Assembly: GCA_044376115.1 (NCBI GenBank)
Contig: JBILLK010000025.1
Location: 32,001-96,000, forward strand
Source: Polyangiaceae bacterium
Lineage (GTDB): Bacteria > Myxococcota_A > Polyangia > Polyangiales > Polyangiaceae
DNA length: 64,000 nucleotides
Direction of reading: 5' to 3'
Numbering within the stretch: the stretch's first letter is position 1; every line of letters begins with the position of its first letter. The notes beneath the pieces were generated by a model. It was not told the DNA's origin, searched no databases, and saw nothing but the letters and a program-made list of their open reading frames with translations. The position numbers and the translations under genes are program-made. Shown in pieces: positions 38,725 to 52,511 of this stretch.

Positions 38725-39264
38725 TTAGAGACTTCGTTCCATCGTGGGCACGTGTGCTTCGCCCGTTGAGACGATGTGTTTGGCCCCGTTCGTTTCCAGC
38801 ACTTGTTTGGCGAGCAGACGCTCGGTCTCGTTCTCGCAGTGGACCGAGACCAAGATATTGCCGCCGCGCAGCTTGCCTTCGTATTGCTTGGCCACGAGCT
38901 CGGGCACGCCCATCCCGACGAGTCCGCCTACGATGCCCACGGCTGCTGCGCCGACTGCCGCACCGCCCAGCGCAGCAAAGATGGGACCGACGGCGAGGAA
39001 CGGTCCAATGCCAGGAACGGCCAGAAGGCCAAGCCCTGCGAGCAAACCCAGCGTGCCGCCGACGGCTCCGCCGGCGCCTACGCCCATGAGCGCGCCTTCG
39101 GGCGCCTTGGTGTGCTGCTCATGCGCAAAGTCGCGCGTCCCGCCTTTGTCCGGTAGCAGCGCCGAGATGTCGTTCGTACCGAAGCCGGCCTGTTGCAGGC
39201 TGTGCACTGTGTTCTCGGACTGTTGACGTGATGCGATAATGCCGAAGACGGTCTTCTTTACCAT
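38725..39264 (-). CDS. General-stress / glycine-zipper membrane protein (DUF3341-like)
   Basis: TKAPEGA..G..AGG..GG.LG glycine zipper, GMGVPE..AKQYE; AGGAG RBS. Confidence 0.7.
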   Translation of the reverse strand: MVKKTVFGIIASRQQSENTVHSLQQAGFGTNDISALLPDKGGTRDFAHEQHTKAPEGALMGVGAGGAVGGTLGLLAGLGLLAVPGIGPFLAVGPIFAALGGAAVGAAAVGIVGGLVGMGVPELVAKQYEGKLRGGNILVSVHCENETERLLAKQVLETNGAKHIVSTGEAHVPTMERSL

Positions 39265-39434
39265 TGAGCTGCTCCTTGGCCTCGTTGACGGGCCTCGAGC
39301 AGCACCTCGCAACATGCGTGCCCCGACTGCGCGGTCGATTGCACGCTGATTCACCGCTGTTTGCACGCTCCGACTGAGCGATAACGCTCAGTGGGGCAAG
39401 CCTGCGCGGAGCACGGCGGTTCGCCGTTTCGCGG

Positions 39435-40907
39435 CTAGGGCGCGAGCCGCGCTACAACGAAATCGAAGGAGTTGTCCTCGGCGGGGAACTGCCGCTCACC
39501 AAACGCGATCGCCCCCTGCACGTTGGCCAACACGTAGACGCTGTCGCCTTCACCGATCGCCACGTCGACCGCGGTTTGATTCTCAGCGTCCCCATAGTGC
39601 TCGAAGCTTTCCAGCGTGTCGTCGGTGAAGCGCGCGACGAACACGTCGCTCTTGCCGGCGCTTTCAAACGACGCGGCTCCGACCTGCAACGAGCCCTCGA
39701 AGTCGCCCACCACCACCACGCGGCCGGTGCTGTCCACCGCGACGCCCTTCGCAAACTGATCGAGCGGCCCACCGATGGCGAACGCCGAGAGCGCCTGCCC
39801 GGTCTCGTCGAAGCGAGCGACGAAGATGTCGGTATCGCCGCTGCTTTGCAGTGGGCCCGTACCGAAGTCGATCGAGCCCTCGAAGTCTCCGACCACCACG
39901 AACTCGTCGGTAGCGGGTATGACCGCAATGGCCCGACCGAACTGGTCGTTGGCATCGCCGAAGGCACGAATGAAGGTGGGGGTCGCTTGTCCACTTGCGG
40001 GTTGGGACTCAAACCCAACCACCACCACGTCGTTACCGCCGCCGGTTGGGTCGAGAACCTTGGTGGTCGGCGCAGCTCCTAGCCATCCCGTCGCGAAGAC
40101 TGCGCCACTCTCGTTTGCGGCAACCGAACTGAAGGCATCATCTTCCGCGGAGCCGAGGGCGAACCCAGCGTGGCGCCCACTGCTGTCGTTGTTCCAAAGC
40201 ATGAAAGCGTCCAGCTTCCCAGCCGAATCCACCTGGAACGTGATGTCGAGCATGCCGGAGAAGTTGCCGACGGTGACCGTCTTTCCGAGGTTGTCGAAGG
40301 TAATGCCGAGGCCCTTGTTTGAAGGGAGGGCATTGCTCCACAGAAGCGCTCCGGCCGGGTCGAACTTGGCCGTCCATTGCTCGCTTTGGTTGGCGTTTAG
40401 ATTGAAGAGAGAGCCGCTGTGAGAGCCGGTCATCGCCAGCTGCTCCGTTTGTCGCGAGGCGGCCAAGCCGAAGACTTCCTGCAGGTTTGCGTCGCCTGAG
40501 GCGATGCCCCAGCTCGGGTTGCCGTCGTCGAGTAGCGAAAGCAATAGGACGTCATCGCTGCCCGCGCTGGTGACCGTGACATTGTCTACGGTAAGTGTCC
40601 CCTGCAGGTTCGCCGCTACGACCACTCCGTCCGAGCGGGCGCTCAGCGCCGAAGCGCGTTGGTCGTCGGGAGCAGTGAAACGCCGCGCCCATTCAACCTC
40701 GAAGGCTGCAACGCTGTTGTTACCGCCTCCGGCGGTTCCACTCGATCCAGCGCTTCCTCCTGCCGCCCCTCCTCCTCCGATCGCATCGGTTCCGGCGCTC
40801 GCACCCGACCCAACAGCAAAGCGGCCGTCCTCCGAGTTGCAAGCCAGTGAAACAAGGAGGCTGGCGAGGGTGACCGCCAAAAGCGGGTAGCGGGCGTTGG
40901 ACACCAT
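39435..40907 (-). CDS. Beta-propeller repeat (SBBP-like) lipoprotein
   Basis: Lipobox SLAC, Gly linker, repeats GDFEGS..S.G..D.FVARF. Confidence 0.75.
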   Translation of the reverse strand: MVSNARYPLLAVTLASLLVSLACNSEDGRFAVGSGASAGTDAIGGGGAAGGSAGSSGTAGGGNNSVAAFEVEWARRFTAPDDQRASALSARSDGVVVAANLQGTLTVDNVTVTSAGSDDVLLLSLLDDGNPSWGIASGDANLQEVFGLAASRQTEQLAMTGSHSGSLFNLNANQSEQWTAKFDPAGALLWSNALPSNKGLGITFDNLGKTVTVGNFSGMLDITFQVDSAGKLDAFMLWNNDSSGRHAGFALGSAEDDAFSSVAANESGAVFATGWLGAAPTTKVLDPTGGGNDVVVVGFESQPASGQATPTFIRAFGDANDQFGRAIAVIPATDEFVVVGDFEGSIDFGTGPLQSSGDTDIFVARFDETGQALSAFAIGGPLDQFAKGVAVDSTGRVVVVGDFEGSLQVGAASFESAGKSDVFVARFTDDTLESFEHYGDAENQTAVDVAIGEGDSVYVLANVQGAIAFGERQFPAEDNSFDFVVARLAP

Positions 40908-40908
40908 A

Positions 40909-41910
40909 TTAAAACTGCGCCTCCCACATCGCGCCCGAGCCCTGCGGGAACGGTACGATACGCCCAACGCTGGTGGCCTCCGAGCGGGTGAAGTGTTCGA
41001 TCAAGACTCCAGCGACGGTACCGAGGATGGTCGCGCCGCCCGCCACACTCAGGCCGACGAACATACCGAAGTCGAAGTTTTTGCGCCGATTGTCAGCGCT
41101 CGGATCGTAGGCGGCGGCGGGGTCACACACGCGATCTTCACCGCAGCCATCGTCCAGCGCGCTCTCGGCCGCGAAGCCGTCGATGCGAAAGCCTAGACCA
41201 GCCCCAAGGGCGACGACGCCCAGTGAACCGGTGATGAAGGGCCATACCGGCAGGGCAGCGGGTGGGGCGGGCGGCGGAGCCACTGCAACGTTGGGCGTGC
41301 GTGCCAGCGCGACCTCGAGCGCCAACGTTTCACCTTCGCGCAGGCTGAGGGTTTTCTCGAACGCATCAAAGCCCGGTGCACGCACTTGCAGAGTGTGCTC
41401 CCCCGGATCCATCGGGATCGGGTCATCCAAGGTGCCGCGCGGTAGCTCCACCCCGTCACGGAAAACCGCCGTACCCTCGACCCGCGGCGAGAGACCGAGT
41501 CGCAGCTTGGGCACGCGCGGCTCGAGCGCTGTGATGGTCTTCGTGATCACGTCATCGAGCGTTTTTTTGCGCTCATCTCCGAGGGTGTCCTGATTCAACG
41601 TCCTAGCTCGCAACAGCTCCGTCCAGGCCGAGGCGGTCTTGTTGAAGTGCTCGAGGCAATTAGCGACGTTGATCGACGTCGAAGCCACCGGATCGAGCTG
41701 CATGCTGGCGTCGAACTTCGCGCACGCGCCCTCCCAATCATTCTTCGTCAGGAGCTCGCGTCCGGCTTGATACAGCGCTTCGGCCGCTGCTGGATCGCGC
41801 GGGGCGCGTTGCGGCGGTGGTTCTACCGGAGTGCGTGCGAAGGCTGGGGAGACAGACGCGAGAAAGCAACCAACGGACAAGGGAGCAATGAGATGGGACC
41901 GAAAATTCAT
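40909..41910 (-). CDS. TPR + PEGA domain secreted protein
   Basis: Signal peptide; AEALYQAG..AC.KF.AS..LDP TPR; DPGEH.L.V.APG PEGA; C-terminal hydrophobic segments ending in Phe. Confidence 0.8.
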   Translation of the reverse strand: MNFRSHLIAPLSVGCFLASVSPAFARTPVEPPPQRAPRDPAAAEALYQAGRELLTKNDWEGACAKFDASMQLDPVASTSINVANCLEHFNKTASAWTELLRARTLNQDTLGDERKKTLDDVITKTITALEPRVPKLRLGLSPRVEGTAVFRDGVELPRGTLDDPIPMDPGEHTLQVRAPGFDAFEKTLSLREGETLALEVALARTPNVAVAPPPAPPAALPVWPFITGSLGVVALGAGLGFRIDGFAAESALDDGCGEDRVCDPAAAYDPSADNRRKNFDFGMFVGLSVAGGATILGTVAGVLIEHFTRSEATSVGRIVPFPQGSGAMWEAQF

Positions 41911-43316
41911 CAGCGCGTGTCCAATGGATCCTTGGGCTTCTTCGACGAGGGCCTCGGGCCTTTGGATTTGGCCTTGGGCGTTACCGAACTGGACGGGCTC
42001 GCCGTTAAGGGCGGCGGGCTGTCCACGGTGGCAGATACGGTGGCAGAGACGACGGGGATGGGGGACGCGGCCGAGGCGGCTTGTCCCGAACTCCCCGCGG
42101 AGCTTAGCGGAGCTTCACTCGAGAGCTCCGCCGAAGTTGCGGGTACTGTGCTGGCGGCGTCTTCCACTCCAGCGCGAGCCGGCGGAGGAACGGTGGGCAC
42201 ACGCGAAAAGGCCAGAATCCCGACGCCGATCCCGATTGCAGCCATCACCAGCAGCAGCAGCGTCCAGACCCAGCCGGAGCGCGGGCGAGAGACCGTCTTC
42301 ATCCGCTGTGGCGCGGAGACCGCGCTCACACTCGAACGTTGTAGCGCGCGGGCGGCCTCCGCTTCCTCCGTTAGGATGCCGCCGGGCGCGGTTACGCCGA
42401 GAACCGGCGCTAAGGCCGCCACGAGGTTGAGCGCGCGGGCGAAGCGGTTCTTCGGATCGGTTGCGGTGGCCTTCTCGAACCATGCGTCGAATGCTGCGGG
42501 GAGGGCTGCGCCGTAACTCGCGGCGCGGACGGTGGCCGGCTCGATCGCTCCTCGCGATACCTTCGAGATGAGACGGTAGAAACCGCCTTCCTCGGCCGAC
42601 TCCTGGTCCCAATAGGGCGTACCCACCAACATCGCGAAGGCCAACTGGCCGAGGGCGTAGGTATCGGTGCGCGAGCTGATCTCCGCTTCGAGCGCGAGTT
42701 GCTCCGGTGCCATGTACAGCGGCGTGCCGAGGAAGCTGCTGGTGATTCGGTCCTGGCGCGAGATCACTTTGGCGATACCAAAGTCGAGGATCTTCACGCG
42801 CGGCGAACCATCGTCACGGGTGGTGATGAATACGTTCTCAGGCTTGAGATCGCGGTGCACGATGCCTGCCGCGTGGGTCTTCTCCAGGGCGAGCGAGGCT
42901 TGGTAGAGAAAGGTCACGACCTCCAGCGGCGTTAGCCGGTTGCGACGCTCGAGCATGCTGAAAAGCTCTTCGCCTTTGAGCAGCTCCATCACCAGGAAGG
43001 GCAGGCCGGTTCTCGCATCGACGCCAGCGTCGAAGACCTGCACGATGTGCTCGCTCTCGACGTTGGAGGCGACCGTGCACTCGAGGCTGAAGCGCGCCCG
43101 CATCTCCGGGTCGCGAACGAGCCCCGGGAGCATGACTTTGAGCGCGCAGTGCCGTCGCGTTTCGACGTGAATGGCTTCGTACACGCCGCCCATGCCGCCG
43201 GTGGAGATGCAGCGGACCACTTGGTAGCGATCATGGAAAACAGTACCGACCAAGAACGGAATCGAATCCGGTCCGGTGTTGGCCTGTTCGGATGGCTCCG
43301 TGGAGGGGCGGTCCAT
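41910..43316 (-). CDS. Membrane Ser/Thr protein kinase
   Basis: GGMGGVY, ALK, HRDLKPEN, DFG, GTPLYMAPE; TM and Ser/Pro-rich tail. Confidence 0.92.
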   Translation of the reverse strand: MDRPSTEPSEQANTGPDSIPFLVGTVFHDRYQVVRCISTGGMGGVYEAIHVETRRHCALKVMLPGLVRDPEMRARFSLECTVASNVESEHIVQVFDAGVDARTGLPFLVMELLKGEELFSMLERRNRLTPLEVVTFLYQASLALEKTHAAGIVHRDLKPENVFITTRDDGSPRVKILDFGIAKVISRQDRITSSFLGTPLYMAPEQLALEAEISSRTDTYALGQLAFAMLVGTPYWDQESAEEGGFYRLISKVSRGAIEPATVRAASYGAALPAAFDAWFEKATATDPKNRFARALNLVAALAPVLGVTAPGGILTEEAEAARALQRSSVSAVSAPQRMKTVSRPRSGWVWTLLLLVMAAIGIGVGILAFSRVPTVPPPARAGVEDAASTVPATSAELSSEAPLSSAGSSGQAASAASPIPVVSATVSATVDSPPPLTASPSSSVTPKAKSKGPRPSSKKPKDPLDTR

Positions 43317-43422
43317 CACTCCGCAGGGTAACAAGCCTCGCGCCAATGGGCACGAAGTCATCAACCGCGGGCCTGGACGCCCCTGCGTCCAGGTGAGCAT
43401 CCTGTCGCTGCGACGGATTTGG

Positions 43423-46400
43423 TTACTGCTTCACGACGACCCGATCGGTCGCTGTCGCGCCTCGCACTTCGGGGGCGTACATCTCGAAAGCCGAGGTTGG
43501 CGGCAGCAAGAAATCGCCGGGGTGCAGAGCTCGCGCGTAGAAGCTGAAGGTCGAAAGGCCGGCTGGGAGCTGATCGACGAAGAAGAGCGCGCGGTCGTCG
43601 CGTAGCTCGCGGCCGTCCCAAACCCGCTTGGGATCGGCTTGAGGCAGCGCGAATTCGGGATCGGCGTCCATCAGCTCGGGAGCCACCGCTGCGAACCCGC
43701 CGGGCAGCGGCGATTCAATGGCGACACCGAAGCGAGCCACGGGGCTCGCGACCACGATATCGACTCGCACGACCTCCCCTTCGGCAAACGGACCGTCCGA
43801 AGGGTTTACGCGTCGCACGTTGCGCACGACCGTGAGACCTCGCTCGGTCGCTTCGCTCGGAAGCGTCTGGCGCGCGTAATCCAGACGCATTTGGTAGTGC
43901 AAGGTGCCACCGTCTTTCACGTCGAAGGTGACGCGCGGCGAGCCCTTCGTTTGGGCCTCGAGCAGCTCAATCATCGAAAGCTTGATGGTGGACTGTCGTC
44001 CGCTGACCGCTCCGAGCTCGGGCGCCGCCAGCAGCTCATCGCCGAAGAAGGCTCTCGCCTCGAAGGTTTGCGGGCGCTCGCCGCGGCTCTGCTGGTAGTC
44101 GCTGAGCCCGAGCAGCGCCCAGCCGGTCTCGTGTGTGGTTGCCCAACGGCCTCCCACGCGATCCGCGAGCAGGCCTTTGGCAAGCGGCGCTAGCAGCACG
44201 TGCTCGGGCTCGTTTGCGGTGAGGGCTCGGAGCGCGAGGGCGCTGGCCCGCGGCAAGGAGTCCAGCCGCTCGCTGAAGGTCGTTGGGGTGGGTCGTTCGC
44301 TAGGAGCCACGACGCGCGCCGTGTCCCCACTCAGTCGCAGGGACGCGAGCAGCGCCGCCTGCACCTGCTCGCGTTGCAGCGCTGAAGCCTTGCTGCGCAC
44401 GAGCGCGTGGAGCAAGAACGCCCGGCCCGCCGGGGAGAGCTGTTCGCGCTGCTCGATTAGCTGCTGCGCGCGGCCTTCGAGCGGGCGATCGAGCGTCGCC
44501 AAGGCGTCGAGCATCGCGGCGGCGGTCTCCGCGTCGGCTGCGGCGATCTGAGCCTGCAAGTAGTTCCCGGCGCTGAGGAGCACCTGCTCCGGCACCGCCA
44601 TGCCCCGCGTCTTGGCCTCGCCGAGCACGAGCACCGCGTAGGCGGTGAGCCACGGCGCGCTCTGTCGCGAGGCCGACCACAAGCCGAAGCCGCCATCGTC
44701 GCGTTGATGGGAGGCCAGCCGGGCCATCGCTTGTTCGGCGAGGGCCTGCGGGTCGCCGTCGAACTCGAGCGCGAACTGCCGGGCGAACTCGCGCATGACC
44801 ACCAGCGGCAATAGCTGACTCAGCGTCTGTTCGGTGCAGCCGTACGGATAGCGAAGCAGCGACTCGAGGCCTTGGGTAGCGCCGCCGAGCGCCGAGTCCG
44901 AAAGCGAGATGGTGAGGCCACCGACGTCTGACCGCAGCTGCGAGAGATCTCCCAGCGTTTCGGCGACCGGACGTTTGGTTTCCCCGCTGACCACGCTGCT
45001 CTCGAGCAGCGTCGGTAACACGACCTCACCGCGCACGACGAAGGTGTCCTCTGCTGCTTTGCCGGCGGTGGTCGAAGCGTGCACCGTTAGCTTGAACGGC
45101 CCCGCTTGCTTCGCCGACAAGGCGAAACGCACGCGCGCCGGCGTCGCTGGAGAGAGCGTGAGCGTTCGGCTGGCTTCACCGACGATGTTCACGCCCTCGG
45201 CCTCGAGCTCCACCCGCGCGGGGGCCACCGGCAGGCTGAGGTTCGTCAGCACCACGGTGGTGTGAAAGGTGTCCCCGACCCGCACCACGCTCGGAAGGCT
45301 GGGCCGCGCCATCAACGGAAGGCTCGTGGTCACGGCCGTTTCCGCGCTGCCGAAGCGATCTCCATCGGTCGCCACGACGGCGAAGAAGCGATACTTCGTC
45401 AAGCTATCGGGCAGCTTGATGCGATGACGAAGCTGGCCGTTTTCGTCGGTCAGCAGGGAAGGCTCGAACATCACCGACTGGCGAAAATCCGCGCGTGGAT
45501 CTCGACCACTCACGCTGGTTGCGCCCATTCGAAGCGCAGATTGGTTGACCTGCAACCGCTCGCCGATGCGCAGCGGAAAATTTCGCGTGTCGAGCTGCCC
45601 AAGCCAGCCTCCGCGCCGCTCGAAGAGCTCATCGAAGGGTTGTGGCGCTGAGTACATCGCCAGCATCAGGGTGGCCTCATCCGCGCCCCAAAGCGTGACC
45701 TCCGCCGACCGCACCGGATTGCCTGCTGCGTCGGTGACGTCGAGCTTCAACTCGAGATCGTCGCCTGGCGCGGCCGCTTCGGTCTTGGGAGTGAGCTCCA
45801 CAGTGAGTCGGCGCGACTCGGTGGAGATGGTCACCGACTTGCTATCACGCTGGGCCTCGGCCCCGGCGATCGCGGTCACCATGACGTCCACGTTGGGCAG
45901 CATGGCCTCGCTCACCTTGAACTTTACGCGCGTACCCGACGGCGGAAGCTGGAGCATCTGCTCCTCAATCACATCTTCGCGACGCACCGAGACGCGTAGC
46001 GAGGCGGCTTGCTTGAACGGTGAGCGCACTTCGAACGCGGCCTCCTCGCCCAGCTCGAGTTTGTCCTTGAGACCGTAGATTGAAAGCGTGGCTGGCTCGG
46101 GCACGGGCGGGGCAACAGGCTGGGGCTCCGGAGCTGGCTCGACGAAGCGGGTGGTCCAAACTCGCCTGCTCGCGGTGATGAGGTTGCCGCTCGGGTCTTT
46201 GGCCGAGGCAAATAGGTAGAGCTCGTCGAGCCCCGAACGATACTCTCCCTCCGGGGCGGTGAAGCTGCAGCTGCTCGTGCCTTTGGCGAGCGAGCAACCG
46301 GAGATGCGCGACTCCTCGAAGGGGCCGCTCGGCTCCTTGCGCACGCGCCGCCGCAGCTCCAGCTCGATCTCGGCGGTCGTCGCTTGTTCTTCGGTCGTGA

Positions 46401-48900
46401 CAGCGATCGCCTTGGCCTCGAACTTTTCACCGATCACCGCCGCGTCTGCGTCGATACCCAAGTAAAAGTCACCGGGGTGGACCAACGCGCTCTCAGCGCC
46501 CTGCAGTGCGCGTTCGCTCAGATCGTGGATGGCGGCCACACACGTGACCTCTTCGGGGCCGGTCATTCCCGGCAGGAGCAGCGTCTCCTTGATGGCCGCG
46601 CTGCCGCTCTTGTCCAACTGCACCGCTGAATTCGTGAGCGCGAGCTCCGGCTCGGGGCGCGCCTCTTCTCCGAAAGAATAGCCACTAAAGCCGTACGGCG
46701 AGAAGTACGACTTTCTGCGTTCGAGGCGGAGCGAGGCCTTGGCGAAGGCGAGCGGGCCGCCGTTCAGATACTGGCCCTGAGACTTGCATTCGAGCGGTTC
46801 GCCGCGCTTGAGGCTCTTGCGCGAGAGCGTTACGCCGACGGCGAAGTCTGCGGGGTGATACTCCGCGACTTCGAAGCTCGAAACCAAGGTCGAGTAGCGT
46901 GGAGCGCCCTTACGCTCGAGCCGATAGCGCCCGAGGCGGGCCTCGGCTGGCAGCTTGTAGCTCACCGCGAAGCTTCCAAACTTCGTCAGCCGCGACGCGA
47001 GCCTCGCGACGACCTCACCCTCGGGGCCGTGCACCTCGAACTCGAGGGGGAGGTCCTTGGGTGTAGCCAACCCTTGTTCGCTGGGAGCCCGCACCAGGCC
47101 CTTGAAGAACACCGTATCGCCCGGCCGATAGAGGCCGCGATCATTGAACACGCTGGTCATCCATTCGGGCGCGTCGGGGCGGCCGCTGACTAGCTGATAG
47201 TTCCAGTCGTCGCTGAGCTGCGCGAACAGCACATAACGTTGCGCTTCGGCTGCAGGGTCGTCGCTCGTTGGAAAGGCGAGCGTGGCTCGGCCTGTGGCGT
47301 CGGTCTTGGCTTTGACGGTGCTGCTCGCATGCGTGCCTCGCAGCTCCAGCTCGGCGTTGGCAACGGCTGCGCCGCTCTCGCGCTGGACGACCCAAGCGTG
47401 AACCTTCTCGTGTGCGATCTCGGCCATCACCGCCAGGTTGGTGAATTGGGCCTCTTGGCTATCGGACTGAGCTTGTCCGAAGGCTTCGTAGTCGAGTCGC
47501 ACAGCGATGGGCCCGCTGAGCTTGCTGACGCCGAGCAATGTTTGTAGCGGCTCGTGCGAGAAATCGAGCTGGTTGAGCGCAGGATCGTCGAGCTTGCGCG
47601 GGCTCGACCAGGTGAAGCCGTCTGCGCCGCCGCGCAACCTCGCCATGATGCCCTCGCGCGACAGCGTACTCGCGCTGAGCTTCGCTTTCTGTACGTTGAC
47701 CCGCTTGATCGGAAGTTGCAGCGAGGCCATCTGCGGACCGAAGGTCCCTGACATCGATAGCTCGGCGAGCGGCGTGCGGTTGCCAAACTCGAGCGTGGTC
47801 TCGAAGTCGCGCAGCAGCGTCTCTCCTTCATAGTCACGCAGCGAGCGTTTGCCCGAGCGCTTGCGCAGTCGCATGCGATAGCGCTTGGCTGGCTCGAACT
47901 CGCCACGGACGCGCACCGCTGCTTGAGCACCCCCGAGATATTCGTCCGCGAAGCGGAGTCCCTTCACCGCGGGCGTGAGCTCGATAAAGCCGGCTAGTTT
48001 TTCTGCGTCGACGTAGTTCGAGAACAAAAGGCGCGCCCCTGCATCGGGCGAGCAGCGTGCGGAAGCGACCGCTGCTAGCTCGCCCTCCGCCTTCACGCTG
48101 TCGGGCAAACACTGCGCGCCGAGCGCGCGAAACGGTCCCCAGGTTTGAAAGGTGAAGCTATGCGGCGTCGAAGGGTGCCCGCCCGAACTCGACATCATCG
48201 GTCCAACGGTCACGCGAAGCTGTGCGTTTTGGGGGAGGGGCGAACGCAGCTCCACACGAACGCTGCGTCCTTCCGCCTCGACGCCGAGGTCGAACTCGAG
48301 GGCGCGGACCACGGTCGGCTTGGTCACGTCCTCGGCTGGGATGGTCGCCACCACGCTCAGCGCCTTACGCAAATCCTCGATCCCGACGGCCTGGTCGAAG
48401 TGCAAGCGGATCGGCTCGCTGTTCGTTACGCGGGACTGCTCCCCGACCGGCTCGTGTGCGACCAGCGTCGGCGAGGGGGTGGTGAACTCCCATTGGTAGT
48501 CGGCGGCGAGCGCTTGGCCGCTTGCGTCGGTGGCGCCGGCCGGCAGCTTGATGCTGAAGCGCGTGGCGTTGGGGAGCCCGTCGCTGGGCACGAAACGAAG
48601 GGATCGACTGCCGATCCACTCCCAGCGCCCTGCGACCGGCGGGCTCATCTCGAAGGCCGGCACCTTCGCGTCTTGGGCGCCGAGCGCTCGCATCGGTCGG
48701 TTGAACACGATGGCGATCTCGCTCTCCCTGGGCGCATCCCCGATCGGCCCCGCGAAGTCCACTCGCAGCGGCCCGGAAAGCTCTTCATCGCCGGGCGGAG
48801 CGAGCAGCTCGAGGGAGGACCGAACGTTGGCCTCGGGAACGCTCACGCAGGCGTTGAGGAACGACCCAAGAATGAGGACCGGCAGTAGGTTTTTGCGCAC
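43423..48900 (-). CDS. Bacterial alpha-2-macroglobulin family lipoprotein
   Basis: Lipobox LNAC; Ig-like domains; DRGLYRPGD (MG2); LPDSLT; thioester YPYGCTEQ; EMYAPEV. Confidence 0.92.
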   Translation of the reverse strand: MRKNLLPVLILGSFLNACVSVPEANVRSSLELLAPPGDEELSGPLRVDFAGPIGDAPRESEIAIVFNRPMRALGAQDAKVPAFEMSPPVAGRWEWIGSRSLRFVPSDGLPNATRFSIKLPAGATDASGQALAADYQWEFTTPSPTLVAHEPVGEQSRVTNSEPIRLHFDQAVGIEDLRKALSVVATIPAEDVTKPTVVRALEFDLGVEAEGRSVRVELRSPLPQNAQLRVTVGPMMSSSGGHPSTPHSFTFQTWGPFRALGAQCLPDSVKAEGELAAVASARCSPDAGARLLFSNYVDAEKLAGFIELTPAVKGLRFADEYLGGAQAAVRVRGEFEPAKRYRMRLRKRSGKRSLRDYEGETLLRDFETTLEFGNRTPLAELSMSGTFGPQMASLQLPIKRVNVQKAKLSASTLSREGIMARLRGGADGFTWSSPRKLDDPALNQLDFSHEPLQTLLGVSKLSGPIAVRLDYEAFGQAQSDSQEAQFTNLAVMAEIAHEKVHAWVVQRESGAAVANAELELRGTHASSTVKAKTDATGRATLAFPTSDDPAAEAQRYVLFAQLSDDWNYQLVSGRPDAPEWMTSVFNDRGLYRPGDTVFFKGLVRAPSEQGLATPKDLPLEFEVHGPEGEVVARLASRLTKFGSFAVSYKLPAEARLGRYRLERKGAPRYSTLVSSFEVAEYHPADFAVGVTLSRKSLKRGEPLECKSQGQYLNGGPLAFAKASLRLERRKSYFSPYGFSGYSFGEEARPEPELALTNSAVQLDKSGSAAIKETLLLPGMTGPEEVTCVAAIHDLSERALQGAESALVHPGDFYLGIDADAAVIGEKFEAKAIAVTTEEQATTAEIELELRRRVRKEPSGPFEESRISGCSLAKGTSSCSFTAPEGEYRSGLDELYLFASAKDPSGNLITASRRVWTTRFVEPAPEPQPVAPPVPEPATLSIYGLKDKLELGEEAAFEVRSPFKQAASLRVSVRREDVIEEQMLQLPPSGTRVKFKVSEAMLPNVDVMVTAIAGAEAQRDSKSVTISTESRRLTVELTPKTEAAAPGDDLELKLDVTDAAGNPVRSAEVTLWGADEATLMLAMYSAPQPFDELFERRGGWLGQLDTRNFPLRIGERLQVNQSALRMGATSVSGRDPRADFRQSVMFEPSLLTDENGQLRHRIKLPDSLTKYRFFAVVATDGDRFGSAETAVTTSLPLMARPSLPSVVRVGDTFHTTVVLTNLSLPVAPARVELEAEGVNIVGEASRTLTLSPATPARVRFALSAKQAGPFKLTVHASTTAGKAAEDTFVVRGEVVLPTLLESSVVSGETKRPVAETLGDLSQLRSDVGGLTISLSDSALGGATQGLESLLRYPYGCTEQTLSQLLPLVVMREFARQFALEFDGDPQALAEQAMARLASHQRDDGGFGLWSASRQSAPWLTAYAVLVLGEAKTRGMAVPEQVLLSAGNYLQAQIAAADAETAAAMLDALATLDRPLEGRAQQLIEQREQLSPAGRAFLLHALVRSKASALQREQVQAALLASLRLSGDTARVVAPSERPTPTTFSERLDSLPRASALALRALTANEPEHVLLAPLAKGLLADRVGGRWATTHETGWALLGLSDYQQSRGERPQTFEARAFFGDELLAAPELGAVSGRQSTIKLSMIELLEAQTKGSPRVTFDVKDGGTLHYQMRLDYARQTLPSEATERGLTVVRNVRRVNPSDGPFAEGEVVRVDIVVASPVARFGVAIESPLPGGFAAVAPELMDADPEFALPQADPKRVWDGRELRDDRALFFVDQLPAGLSTFSFYARALHPGDFLLPPTSAFEMYAPEVRGATATDRVVVKQ

Positions 48901-48948
48901 AGGAGGTGGTCTGACAGCGTACCCCGAACAAAGTTCCGAGCGGCGCGC

Positions 48949-52464
<3,516 letters not shown>

Positions 52465-52511
52465 GGGGGCTGCGGCAGATTTCAGCCTTCCACTTTCGGG
52501 CTCGGTCTACC

